From contig JBKBOT010000028.1 of assembly GCA_046293555.1 (NCBI GenBank), forward strand, positions 1 through 21,001: 21,001 bases of DNA, given 5' to 3'. Position 1 is the stretch's first letter, and every line of letters starts with the position of its first letter. The DNA is from Pyrobaculum sp. GTDB taxonomy: Archaea > Thermoproteota > Thermoprotei > Thermoproteales > Thermoproteaceae. Shown piece by piece: positions 1 through 8,484 of the stretch. A model generated the notes under the pieces. The model was not told the origin of the DNA. It made no database searches and worked only from the letters and a program-made list of their open reading frames with translations. The translations under genes and the position numbers were made by a program.

Positions 1-476
1 GTTATTACGCCGCGGGGCCTTCTGAAGACTTTTGGGTATATTGGGATAACCTCGCCGTGAGGTATAGCGCCTGTGTGCCAGAGGGCTGGCAGAAGGGCGG
101 GAACGTCTGGGTTTCGTACGACTACCTGTTGGTAACTGGCGGTTTTGTCTACATACAGCCTGTAAGCGGGGCGCTTACCTACATCTCTAACTTTACCGGC
201 GTTGGGAAGTATCTGGCGTTTAGCCCCACGCTTCAAGAAAGTTTTGGCGTCTACTGGAATGGCGTCACGGCCGGCTGTATTTTCGGCGTCTTTCAGCCAG
301 GCTCGCGCTATGTGGAGTTAAGACCGCTGTCCGGACTTGGGGACATCATAGTGAGAGATCAAAATGGCGCAGCCCTACTGCGCCACCAGTGCCAAAACCC
401 ACAGACAGGCTACATAGGCTACAAGACACAGCCGGGGGAAATACTAAAGGTGTACCTACTAGAGGCATGGGGGTAG
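1..476 (+). CDS. C-terminal part of a probable secreted/surface beta-rich protein (runs off the left edge)
   Basis: The frame of ORF 57..476 stays open to the window edge (YYAAGPSEDFWVYWDNLAVRYSAC...). It is Y/W/G/N/S/T-rich with several Cys, typical of crenarchaeal extracellular proteins. No family recognised. Confidence 0.6.
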   Translation, partial: YYAAGPSEDFWVYWDNLAVRYSACVPEGWQKGGNVWVSYDYLLVTGGFVYIQPVSGALTYISNFTGVGKYLAFSPTLQESFGVYWNGVTAGCIFGVFQPGSRYVELRPLSGLGDIIVRDQNGAALLRHQCQNPQTGYIGYKTQPGEILKVYLLEAWG

Positions 477-836
477 CCCCTCGGGGGTTTCTATGGCTCA
501 GCGTCTCTGTCTTCTGTCGGCCTGTGATAAACCTGTATAGACGCCATAGTGCTGCCTCCAGAGTGCCGCAGCTAGACTCACGGCGTTGTCTGGGCGCCGG
601 CGTTACACCACAGCTGATATGGAGAAATGTCGGCTTACCTCTCCCGGCCCTGGCCTAGATGGCGGCCGTCCTGGTTTTGCCTTATGTCAGCCGTCTAGTT
701 GTTCCGTTTTCACTGCCTTGGGGCGCGCCGCCACACAGTTACCACCGCACCACCCGTCCGGGGAACTTAGGCCATCCTCTTTTTACCCCACCTGACCCGT
801 TGGCGCCAGACCTGCCCCACCCACCGTAGCCACCCC

Positions 837-861
837 CGGCGGTTATATATCATAATCGCCG
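837..861. promoter_or_regulatory. Imperfect palindrome over a TATA-like core (candidate operator/promoter)
   Basis: CGGCGGTTAT-ATATC-ATAATCGCCG: 10-bp arms with one mismatch, 5-nt spacer, containing TTATATAT. Confidence 0.35.
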
Positions 862-1188
862 TCAGGCCAATCTGGCGCACATCCAACCCCCCGACCTGGG
901 CGCCACCCCCCTAGCCCCCGCCTCAGGGGAAAACTCTCTCACAGTAGCTATATTAGCAATCCCTTTACTAACTCTCTAAAGCGAGTCTGTTCTCTATCTT
1001 CGGGAGCTTATCGTTTTTCAGCCTGTCTTTTTCGGGCGCTCTCTTTTTGTTGTGGGTTTGGCTACCGCCCTGCTGTGGGTCTGCTCTAGCGGCCATCTAG
1101 GGCCTCTGGGGGTGTATATTTGTAAACAGGCGTGCGCCTCCTTGGGCTAGCGGGGCGCACGGCGTAATGTGGCTACGCCTTTGCCGTC

Positions 1189-1746
1189 TTATGGGGTTTG
1201 TCTGTAGAGGTCTTGTGGCGTGTCTATGTCCATGTGGATTGCCGGGTCGTTTACCTCTACATACCTTACGGGGGTCTTGTTGAAGAGGGCCCTCATGCCT
1301 ATGTCGTTTTCTAGCTCTGTGAGAGCTATGGGGTAGAGGTCTTTGGCTACGGCGACTGGGTTTCCCCTCACGCCTTTATATGTGGGCACTACTGCGCCTT
1401 TTTGACAGTGGCGACAGAGTTCTCTCACCGTCTCTGGCCTTACTAGCGGCATGTCGCCCAGCGTGAAGATAATACATCTGGCCTCTATTAATGCAACAAT
1501 GGCGGCCTTTATGCTTGTAGATATGCCTAACTTCCACCAGGGGTTGTGTATCGCCGGGGCGTCGGCGGCCTTTTTTACCCTCTCCGCGTCGTGGCCTATG
1601 ACTACATATACCTCACTTACAGCTGCCCTTGCCGTCTCTACGGCCCAACGGATTAGGGGCCTCCCCCTGAATTCTGCCAGTAGCTTGTTGCCGGGGAATC
1701 TTGTGGAGGCCCCCGCCGCCAGTACTACCGCGACGCAGTTTGCCAC
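1189..1746 (-). CDS. mocA: Molybdenum cofactor cytidylyltransferase (MocA/MobA-like nucleotidyltransferase)
   Basis: LAAGASTRFPGNKLL, LGDMP, GNPV and DIDTPQD motifs; GTG start overlaps the coxL end; fits MCD synthesis for a xanthine-oxidase-family enzyme. Confidence 0.85.
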   Translation of the reverse strand: MANCVAVVLAAGASTRFPGNKLLAEFRGRPLIRWAVETARAAVSEVYVVIGHDAERVKKAADAPAIHNPWWKLGISTSIKAAIVALIEARCIIFTLGDMPLVRPETVRELCRHCQKGAVVPTYKGVRGNPVAVAKDLYPIALTELENDIGMRALFNKTPVRYVEVNDPAIHMDIDTPQDLYRQTP

Positions 1747-3914
1747 AGGGCGTTATATATCTCCTCTGGCGTGACGGGAGTTTTAGAGAACCTTGTCTTC
1801 GCCACTTTTCTCACTGCGTCCTCTACAGCGCTAATTACTGCCGGCGGCGCGGCTATGGCGGCAATTTCCCCCACCCCCTTTGTGCCAGTGGGGTGTCTAG
1901 AGGGGTGTGGCTCCTCTGCGAAATAAGTCTCAAATATTGGCGCCTCTACGGCTGTGGGCAGCTGGTAAAAGGCGAGGTTAGGGGTCAGGAGGTTGCCCTC
2001 CTTGTCGTATAGGGCCTCCTCGTAGAGGGCTTGAGATATGCCTTGCATCGCCCCGCCTCTTATCTGGCCGGCGGCTAGGAGGGGGTTTACCACTGTCCCC
2101 ACGTCGTCGTAAGACCTGTAGAGAAGGGGCTTTACAAAGCCTGTCTCCGGGTCTATTTCCACCACGGCGATGTGAACGCCAAAGGGGAAGGTGGAGTCTG
2201 AATGGTATATAGCCTCTACGGTGAGCTGGCCCCCCCTCTTGTATATATGCCTAACTATATCCGCTATAGTGGCCTTCTTCCCGTCACATTGAAAAGCCCC
2301 CTCTTTATATTCCGGCAGGCATTGTAACACGTCTTCTGCGGCTTTGGCTAACCCAGCCTTTAGTTTTCTCGCCGCCATAATGGCGGCGGAGCCCCCCGCG
2401 GTGATGGAGCGGCTGCCCATAGTGCCTATGCCGTCTGGCACGTGGGCTGTGTCTCCCCACACCACCTTCACTCTCTCTATGGGTATCTCCAGCTCCTCAG
2501 CCACCACCTGCGCCAGAGCTGTGGCGAGGCCCTGGCCGTGTGGCGTCAGCGCTGTGTAGACCGTGACGCCGCCGTCTCTCTCGGCTCTCATGACTACAAT
2601 CTCGTAGCCAAAGGTGGTGATTTCTACATATGTCGAGAGGCCTACCCCAATCAGCCGGCCTCTTTTTCTCCACTCCCCTTCAGCCCAGCTTTTTAGCTGC
2701 CTGTAGCCCAGCCTCTCCAGCGCCTTTTCGAAAGTGGCCACGTAGTTGCCAGTGTCATAAGTCACGCCAAAGGCGTTGGTGTAGGGGAGCTGTCTGACTA
2801 GATTGCGCCTCCTTACCTCTGTCGGCTCTAGCCCCAGCTCCTCCGCCACTCTGTCCATAATTCTCTCTATGAAGAAGGTGGCTTCCGGCCTCCCGGCGCC
2901 GCGGTAGGCGCTGAGGGGGGTCTTGTTGGTAAGGACAGCCACCGCCCTAACCATCCCGTGTCTAATGTCGTAGGGCCCCGGCAGCATCTGGGCAGCCGCG
3001 TCTACAAGCCCCTCCCCCCAGTAGTAAGCCCCGGCGTCTGCGTAGATGACGCCTTTTATCGCAGTTACCCTCCCGTCGTTTTTTACAGCCACCGTATATT
3101 CAAGAGTCATGGCTCTGCCGTGGGTGGTGGTCTTGAGGTCCTCTGTCCTCGTGGCTATCCACTTAACCGGCGCCGTCAGCCTGTAGGCAGCTGCGGCTAC
3201 ATGTATCTCCTCTGGATATACCAACAGCTTTGACCCAAAGGCCCCCCCGACGTGGGGCTGTATAGCCCTTATGGAGGCCAGGGGGAGGCCTAACGCCCTG
3301 GCTACCTCCCTCCTTATGTCGAAAGGCACCTGTGTGGAGCTCCAAATTGTTAACATACCCCCGTCGTAGGTCGCCACAACGCCTCTCGGCTCCATAGCCG
3401 CCGGCGCCACCCTCCCTATCTCCAGCCGGCCCTCCAGCACTCTATCTGCCCCTCTTATTGCCTTCTCCACGTCTCCTCCCCCGTAGGTCTTTTCATAAAC
3501 CACGTTAGTCCCCAGAGACTCGTCTACAAGAGGCGCCCCGGGCTTCATGGCCTCGAGGATATCCACCACAGCTGGCAGCGGCTCGTACTCCACCACCGCC
3601 TTCTCTAGCGCGTCTTGGAGCAGGTAGCTGTCTCTAGCCACCACCATGGCCACAGCCTCGCCTTGGTACCTCACCTTGCCGCCGGGGGCGAAGGAGAAGG
3701 GCGGCCCCGCCTCTTTGCTGAAGACAGCCACTACGCCTTTTGCCCTAGCCACGTCTGTCAGATCTACTTTTAACACCCTGGCGTGGGGGTAGGGGGATCT
3801 GACAAACCCGGCGTATAACATGCCGGGTGGCCTAATGTCGTCGACGTATGTGGCTTTCCCCCTCAAAATTACGTCGTCTTCAAACCTCGGTATGGCTCTC
3901 CCGACGTATTTCAT
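1725..3914 (-). CDS. coxL: Xanthine oxidase family molybdopterin-binding large subunit (CoxL form II / aldehyde oxidoreductase-like)
   Basis: GKATYVDD, GGAFGSK, AYRGAGRPEA, HGQG, GSRS and KGVGE motifs. Start moved to ATG 3914 (MKYVGRAIPR), which overlaps the coxS stop as ATGA. Confidence 0.92.
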   Translation of the reverse strand: MKYVGRAIPRFEDDVILRGKATYVDDIRPPGMLYAGFVRSPYPHARVLKVDLTDVARAKGVVAVFSKEAGPPFSFAPGGKVRYQGEAVAMVVARDSYLLQDALEKAVVEYEPLPAVVDILEAMKPGAPLVDESLGTNVVYEKTYGGGDVEKAIRGADRVLEGRLEIGRVAPAAMEPRGVVATYDGGMLTIWSSTQVPFDIRREVARALGLPLASIRAIQPHVGGAFGSKLLVYPEEIHVAAAAYRLTAPVKWIATRTEDLKTTTHGRAMTLEYTVAVKNDGRVTAIKGVIYADAGAYYWGEGLVDAAAQMLPGPYDIRHGMVRAVAVLTNKTPLSAYRGAGRPEATFFIERIMDRVAEELGLEPTEVRRRNLVRQLPYTNAFGVTYDTGNYVATFEKALERLGYRQLKSWAEGEWRKRGRLIGVGLSTYVEITTFGYEIVVMRAERDGGVTVYTALTPHGQGLATALAQVVAEELEIPIERVKVVWGDTAHVPDGIGTMGSRSITAGGSAAIMAARKLKAGLAKAAEDVLQCLPEYKEGAFQCDGKKATIADIVRHIYKRGGQLTVEAIYHSDSTFPFGVHIAVVEIDPETGFVKPLLYRSYDDVGTVVNPLLAAGQIRGGAMQGISQALYEEALYDKEGNLLTPNLAFYQLPTAVEAPIFETYFAEEPHPSRHPTGTKGVGEIAAIAAPPAVISAVEDAVRKVAKTRFSKTPVTPEEIYNALWQTASR

Positions 3915-4348
3915 AACGCCTCCAACACAGCCTCGATTACGTTCTGGTAGCCGGTACATCTACATAACACGCCAGAAAGGCCCTCGGTCACCTCCTCCCG
4001 CGTCTTGACGCCGCTTTTGGCTAGGAAATAGGCAGTGGTTAACATGCCCGGGGTGCAGTAGCCACATTGCGCTGCGTGGTGTTTTTTAAAGGCGGCCCTC
4101 AGCCTTTCCATTATCTCGTCTGTATGGTCTATGGTGATTATCTCGCTGCCGTCTGCCTGCACGGCGAGAATGTTACAACTCTTTACGGGCCTCCCGTTTA
4201 ACAACACTGTACATATGCCGCATGTGGCCGTGTCGCAGCCCACCTTAACTGACGTATAGCCTAGATCTCTTAAGACGTGTGCTAACAGTCTGCGTGGCTC
4301 TACATCTACCTCATGTAACGCCCCGTTTACCCTGAGGGAGATCTTCAT
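3911..4348 (-). CDS. coxS: 2x[2Fe-2S] small subunit of the molybdenum hydroxylase
   Basis: GCDTATCGIC...SC and QCGYCTPG...CRCTGY iron-sulfur motifs; ATGA overlaps on both sides. Confidence 0.93.
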   Translation of the reverse strand: MKISLRVNGALHEVDVEPRRLLAHVLRDLGYTSVKVGCDTATCGICTVLLNGRPVKSCNILAVQADGSEIITIDHTDEIMERLRAAFKKHHAAQCGYCTPGMLTTAYFLAKSGVKTREEVTEGLSGVLCRCTGYQNVIEAVLEAL

Positions 4349-5157
4349 ATTTTCTCCAAGGCTCTCCTCAACGCCGTGGCCACAAGCGCCCTGCGGTACT
4401 CCACAGAGGCTCTGAAGTCATACGGCGGAGCGGCCTCCCTTTTTGCGATCTCGGCCGCCTCAGTTATTATCTCCCTATTGAGCGGAGCCCCCTGGAGAAA
4501 GGCCTCTACTTTTCTCAACCTTACGGGCATCTCAGCTGCTCCCGCCGCCGCGATTTTTATCTCGTCGATATGTCCGCCTTTGACCCAAGCCGCGACGGCT
4601 ACTGCAGCCAGGGCGAAGTCGTTACGGCGTGGGGAAAACTTCACATATGCCCCCCTCTCGGGGCAGCGGAGCCTCACCTCTGTGATTAACTCGCCTCTGG
4701 CGAGTGTGGTGGAGTAGGGGCCGACGTAGAGCTTTTCCGCCTCTATCTCTCTCCCGCCGGAGGGGCCCACAGCCTTTACCACAGCCCCAGCCGCCAACAT
4801 CGCCACCGGCCAATCGCCGCGGGGGTCCCCATGGGCTAGAGAGCCCCCCACGGTGCCCACTGACCTCACCTGGACGTCGCCAATCCTGCGGGCCGTCTGG
4901 CTCAACAAGCCGCATGGAGAGTCTTCAAGCTCGTAATGTCTCGTCAAGGCCCCTATCTGTACCTCCCCGCCGTATTTAACATATCGGAGAGGTAGCCTGT
5001 TTATGTCTACCAGAAGCGTGGGGTAGGCCAGGCGGAGCTTTAGGAGGGGGACAAGAGACTGGCCGCCGGCTAGCGCCATTGCGCCATCTCTAGAGAGTGC
5101 CTTTACTGCCCCCTCCATGGTGGCAGGCCTCACGTAGTTAAACTCTGGCGGATACAC
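4345..5157 (-). CDS. coxM: FAD-binding medium subunit of the molybdenum hydroxylase
   Basis: MYPPEFNYVRP start, LAGGQSLVP, VRSVGTVGGSL and DFRASVEYR motifs. Confidence 0.92.
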   Translation of the reverse strand: MYPPEFNYVRPATMEGAVKALSRDGAMALAGGQSLVPLLKLRLAYPTLLVDINRLPLRYVKYGGEVQIGALTRHYELEDSPCGLLSQTARRIGDVQVRSVGTVGGSLAHGDPRGDWPVAMLAAGAVVKAVGPSGGREIEAEKLYVGPYSTTLARGELITEVRLRCPERGAYVKFSPRRNDFALAAVAVAAWVKGGHIDEIKIAAAGAAEMPVRLRKVEAFLQGAPLNREIITEAAEIAKREAAPPYDFRASVEYRRALVATALRRALEKI

Positions 5158-5179
5158 GGGGAGGAAACCTCTCCACTAT

Positions 5180-5923
5180 TTAACTTTCGAAAGAGGCGAG
5201 GGCTTTGTAGAACTTCCTGTAGGCCTCTTCCGGGTCCTGAAGCGGCTTTGGCAGCCTTTTGTCGCGAAGCGCCTCTATAAACTCCTCTACTGGCGCCAAC
5301 TCTGCATATCTAACGGCGGATGGGTCCTTCAGGAGGGAGAAGGCGTATGTGGCTAGGTATCTGAAAGAGGTGCCCCCGTATCTAAACGCCTCCTCTCCTA
5401 TCTCCTCGTATATTCGCGCCAGCGCGAGACCCACCGCGTAGCTCAAGGCGATGGTACGCGAGACGTAGTAGTCGTGTTTCGCCAAATCGCCCCACTCCAC
5501 CTCAGCCCCCAGTTCTTTCCAGAAGCGAAACGCCTCAGCCCCCCCTGTCCTCCCCGGGATCTCCATTACTAACACCCTCTGGCCTTTTAACGTAGGTGCG
5601 CCGGGACCAAACATGGGGTGAACAGTGGCCACTTTGGCGTGAGGCGGGTAGTCTAAATACGCCTTGGCTACCTCCTCCTTAAAGGTAGATATGTCCATAA
5701 CTAGCTTTCCTTCAGACATGGGGGCTATCTCCCTTAAGACTTGTGCTGTGTTCCAAAAGGACACGGCGACAATTACTACCTCAGCCCAGTTGAGTAATGT
5801 GTGTAGATCTACGTCAGACTTAGACCTATCGATGTCGTGTGTCAAGGTTTGGTGTATGTGAGAAATTTCTCTCCGCAGCCAGCCCCCCATGGCGCCTCCC
5901 CCAATTATCCCCACTTTGGCCAT
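5180..5923 (-). CDS. tyrA: Prephenate dehydrogenase
   Basis: GIIGGGAMG Rossmann motif, DISTFK, HPMFGP and HD motifs; lies in the aro cluster. Confidence 0.88.
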   Translation of the reverse strand: MAKVGIIGGGAMGGWLRREISHIHQTLTHDIDRSKSDVDLHTLLNWAEVVIVAVSFWNTAQVLREIAPMSEGKLVMDISTFKEEVAKAYLDYPPHAKVATVHPMFGPGAPTLKGQRVLVMEIPGRTGGAEAFRFWKELGAEVEWGDLAKHDYYVSRTIALSYAVGLALARIYEEIGEEAFRYGGTSFRYLATYAFSLLKDPSAVRYAELAPVEEFIEALRDKRLPKPLQDPEEAYRKFYKALASFES

Positions 5924-5941
5924 TGTTTAAAAATAGAGGTC

Positions 5942-5949
5942 TTTTATAA
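5942..5949 (-). promoter_or_regulatory. TATA box of tyrA
   Basis: TTATAAAA on the minus strand, 19-26 nt upstream of ATG 5923. Confidence 0.55.
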
Positions 5950-5957
5950 CTGGGCGT

Positions 5958-6470
5958 CTACCGCCGCCTTATCTCTACGTCTATTCGGTAAACAATAGTG
6001 GCGTGTGGGGGCATGTCTGGAGTCAATAATATTGACGCGGCCAGAGATTTACACTGTCCCGCCGGCATGTATACACTTGTGGAGGTAAATACGTTCTCGC
6101 CTATAAACCCAACGCCTTGATTTACATCACTCCAGTAGACATAGAATATAGCCACATGGCGCTCATAGAGGTTGCCTACAGGGCCTCTGTAGTGTAGAAC
6201 TACCTCCATATCTCTATCGCTACAAATTTTAACCACGTCGATGTGGTTAGTGAGGTGGCCCACGTAGCCAACTATAGAGATGTTGGCAGAGCCGGCGGCT
6301 ATATGCTCTCTGTCTACATAGATGCTGACAGCCTCTGTCGGGGGGACTTCCGCCAGACCCACGACAAACGTCTGTGAGGCAAAAAGCGTGATTACAGCTA
6401 ATGTGATAAACGCAATTAATATCCTCTTTCTCTCAGTCTCGTCGCTTGTCCCAAAATCTCTACGTCCCAT
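5958..6470 (-). CDS. Secreted/membrane-anchored protein, probable AbpA/TasA-like archaeal bundling-pilin homologue
   Basis: Basic residues (RKR) then a hydrophobic helix (ILIAFITLAVITLFA). The beta-rich body has ISIVGYVGHLTNHIDVVKIC, GFIG, GQC...ILLTPDMP and YRIDVEI segments that resemble Pyrobaculum AbpA as I recall it. Exactly two Cys. Confidence 0.65.
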   Translation of the reverse strand: MGRRDFGTSDETERKRILIAFITLAVITLFASQTFVVGLAEVPPTEAVSIYVDREHIAAGSANISIVGYVGHLTNHIDVVKICSDRDMEVVLHYRGPVGNLYERHVAIFYVYWSDVNQGVGFIGENVFTSTSVYMPAGQCKSLAASILLTPDMPPHATIVYRIDVEIRRR

Positions 6471-6493
6471 GTATTGTATTATTTCTTAAATTA

Positions 6494-7483
6494 TTAATTT
6501 TGTGGTGTGTTTTTCAAAATTTTGGCTAGTTCTCTAGCTTTAGCTATGAGTTCTTCTAATTGTTGAAATGTAAGCTGTTGTTTGGCGTCACTCCATGCTC
6601 TGTCTGGGTCTGGATGGGTCTCGACGATCAGCCCGTCTGCCCCCGCGGCCACTATGGCTAAGGCTAGAGGTATTACATACCGCCTATCGCCTGCAGGATG
6701 GCTTGGGTCTCCAATTACCGGCAGGTGGGTATGCTGCTTGGCGTAAGCTATAGCGCCTACGTCTAAAGTGAAACGTAACGTCTTGTCGAAAGTCCTGATG
6801 CCTCTCTCTACTAACACAATATCGCCGTTGCCGTGGAGGGCGATATACTCAGCGGCTAGAAGCCACTCCTCTACCGTGTTGCCAAAACCCCTCTTGAGCA
6901 ACACCGGCTTGCCCGCCCTCCCTAGTTTTTTCAATAAGGTGAAATTCTGCATGTTTCTAGCGCCTATCTGTATGGCGTCTGCGTATTTAGCCATTAGGGG
7001 GAGGTCCTCTGGGTCCATAAGCTCGGTGGTGACCGGCAGCCCCACGGCATCTCCCGCTTTCCTCAAGAGGGCCAGCCCCCCCTCCCCCAGTCCCTGAAAG
7101 GTGTAAGGACTCGTCCTCGGCTTAAACGCGCCGCCTCTTAACGCGTCTGCCCCCGCCCTCTTTGCCGCCTCTGCGGCGGCTGTTATCTGCTCCTCAGTCT
7201 CCACGGCGCAAGGGCCTGCAATTATGAAGAGACTTTCTCCCACCTTCCTGCCCCCTATGGCCACTAGGGTGGTGGATTTTTTCCACTCTCTCGATACCAG
7301 CTGGTATTCTGTCTTAAGCTCCACCACGGCCTTGACGGGGGTTTTTACCTCCGTCTTTGCGGCGGGGGGCGTGGCCACTATGTGGTGACCCCATAGCTCT
7401 ACATGCCAGGCGGGAACCCCCCTGGACTCTAGCTCTTCTTTTAGCTGCTTCCCTCTCTCCCTCCCGTCGACTATGTACAACAT
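6494..7483 (-). CDS. aroF: DAHP synthase (type I-beta) with an N-terminal regulatory extension
   Basis: IAGPCAVE, GGAFKPRTSPYTFQG, QIGARNMQN, LLKRG, ERGIRTF, DPSH and SDAKQQL motifs. Confidence 0.95.
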   Translation of the reverse strand: MLYIVDGRERGKQLKEELESRGVPAWHVELWGHHIVATPPAAKTEVKTPVKAVVELKTEYQLVSREWKKSTTLVAIGGRKVGESLFIIAGPCAVETEEQITAAAEAAKRAGADALRGGAFKPRTSPYTFQGLGEGGLALLRKAGDAVGLPVTTELMDPEDLPLMAKYADAIQIGARNMQNFTLLKKLGRAGKPVLLKRGFGNTVEEWLLAAEYIALHGNGDIVLVERGIRTFDKTLRFTLDVGAIAYAKQHTHLPVIGDPSHPAGDRRYVIPLALAIVAAGADGLIVETHPDPDRAWSDAKQQLTFQQLEELIAKARELAKILKNTPQN

Positions 7484-7500
7484 GGGGTAAAGAAATCACC

Positions 7501-8442
7501 TTATTTTAATCTTGTCAATAGTTCCACCAAGCCTTTTGCCACAACCTCCTTAAGGGCTTGGGGGGTCACTACCCCCTCTCTGTAGTCTCTCGCTAGGTCT
7601 TCTGCCTCCTCGTACCTCCTGCCGCCTACCTCCATGGGGCCGTGATAGGGTATTAACAGATAGGCGGCTATCTCATACACAGGGTTGAACTTAGTCTCTC
7701 TTGGGGGACAGAAGGCGGCCCACACCTTTCTCACTACTTCCTCCTCGCTGTCTGTAATAAATATGGCGCTTTGGGGTCTGGACTTGCTCATTTTGTAAAT
7801 AGCGTATATCTCGTCTAGCTCTCTGTGCGTCCCCTCCATCCTCCCCACCCCAGATAGCGACGTGATTATAGGCGTGTGGATAGCCACGGGTTTCTTGAAG
7901 CCAAGCCTCTCTGCGGCGTCTCTAGCCAACATGTGGGCCCTCCGTTGGTCCATCCCGCCCACGGCCACGTCTACCTTTAGGTAGAAGATGTCCGCTACCT
8001 GCATCACGGGGTAGAACAGTTTGGAGAAATCCAGCTCTACCTCCTCTGCCCTCCTCCCCATGACCGGGGTGGCCCTCTTGATTCTGGCAAGAGATGTCTC
8101 TTTAGCTATTTTTAACACTAGCTCCCAGTAGGCGGGGTCTCTGGCCACCTCGTCGCCGTATATGTATCTAAAGGCGTCTATCTTGTTAAGCACTGCCGCC
8201 ACCTTCTCGCCTTGTTTTCTTAACTCCTCTAGAGGCCCCTTGTCGTTTATCCAGGCGTGCCAGGTGGCCACTAGCACCACCACGTCAAAACCCGCCTTTT
8301 TCAGCTCGGAGAGTTTGTACCCCCATACAAGCCAGCCGATATGTATTGGCCACAGCGGCTCGAAGCCCAGATATGCCAGTCCCCCCCTCAGCCTTTCGAA
8401 CTCCTCCCTAGTTACCACCTCCTCCACGTTTTTTAACACCAT
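7501..8442 (-). CDS. tyrS: Tyrosine--tRNA ligase (archaeal type)
   Basis: AYLGFEP...HIGW (HIGH-like), YPVMQVADI, GGMDQRRAHMLARD, KMSKS and AFCP motifs. Confidence 0.9.
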   Translation of the reverse strand: MVLKNVEEVVTREEFERLRGGLAYLGFEPLWPIHIGWLVWGYKLSELKKAGFDVVVLVATWHAWINDKGPLEELRKQGEKVAAVLNKIDAFRYIYGDEVARDPAYWELVLKIAKETSLARIKRATPVMGRRAEEVELDFSKLFYPVMQVADIFYLKVDVAVGGMDQRRAHMLARDAAERLGFKKPVAIHTPIITSLSGVGRMEGTHRELDEIYAIYKMSKSRPQSAIFITDSEEEVVRKVWAAFCPPRETKFNPVYEIAAYLLIPYHGPMEVGGRRYEEAEDLARDYREGVVTPQALKEVVAKGLVELLTRLK

Positions 8443-8447
8443 GTGGG

Positions 8448-8475
8448 ATAAAAAAGGTTAAATAATGTCTTTTTC
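8448..8475. promoter_or_regulatory. Bidirectional promoter shared by tyrS-aroF and tkt-aroB-aroA-galE
   Basis: TTAAATAA at 8458-8465 with A-rich BRE-like tracts on both strands; roughly 16-27 nt from ATG 8442 (-) and ATG 8485 (+). Confidence 0.6.
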
Positions 8476-8484
8476 CCCTCACTC

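Noticed and set aside
3915-3959. Longer coxL start at 3959 (likewise galE 12391, aroE 16782, KaiC-like 20352)
   Set aside because: Downstream starts give ATGA overlaps or correct TATA spacing and family-typical N-termini.
1725-5157. Annotation as a true aerobic CO dehydrogenase
   Set aside because: It lacks the AYRCSFR Cu-binding loop and the cox accessory genes.
5158-5174. Short hairpin GGGGAGG-AAA-CCTCTCC before coxM that could hide an SD sequence
   Set aside because: Only 7 bp and imperfect. A TATA-like element at 5176-5183 suggests a leaderless transcript that would not include it.
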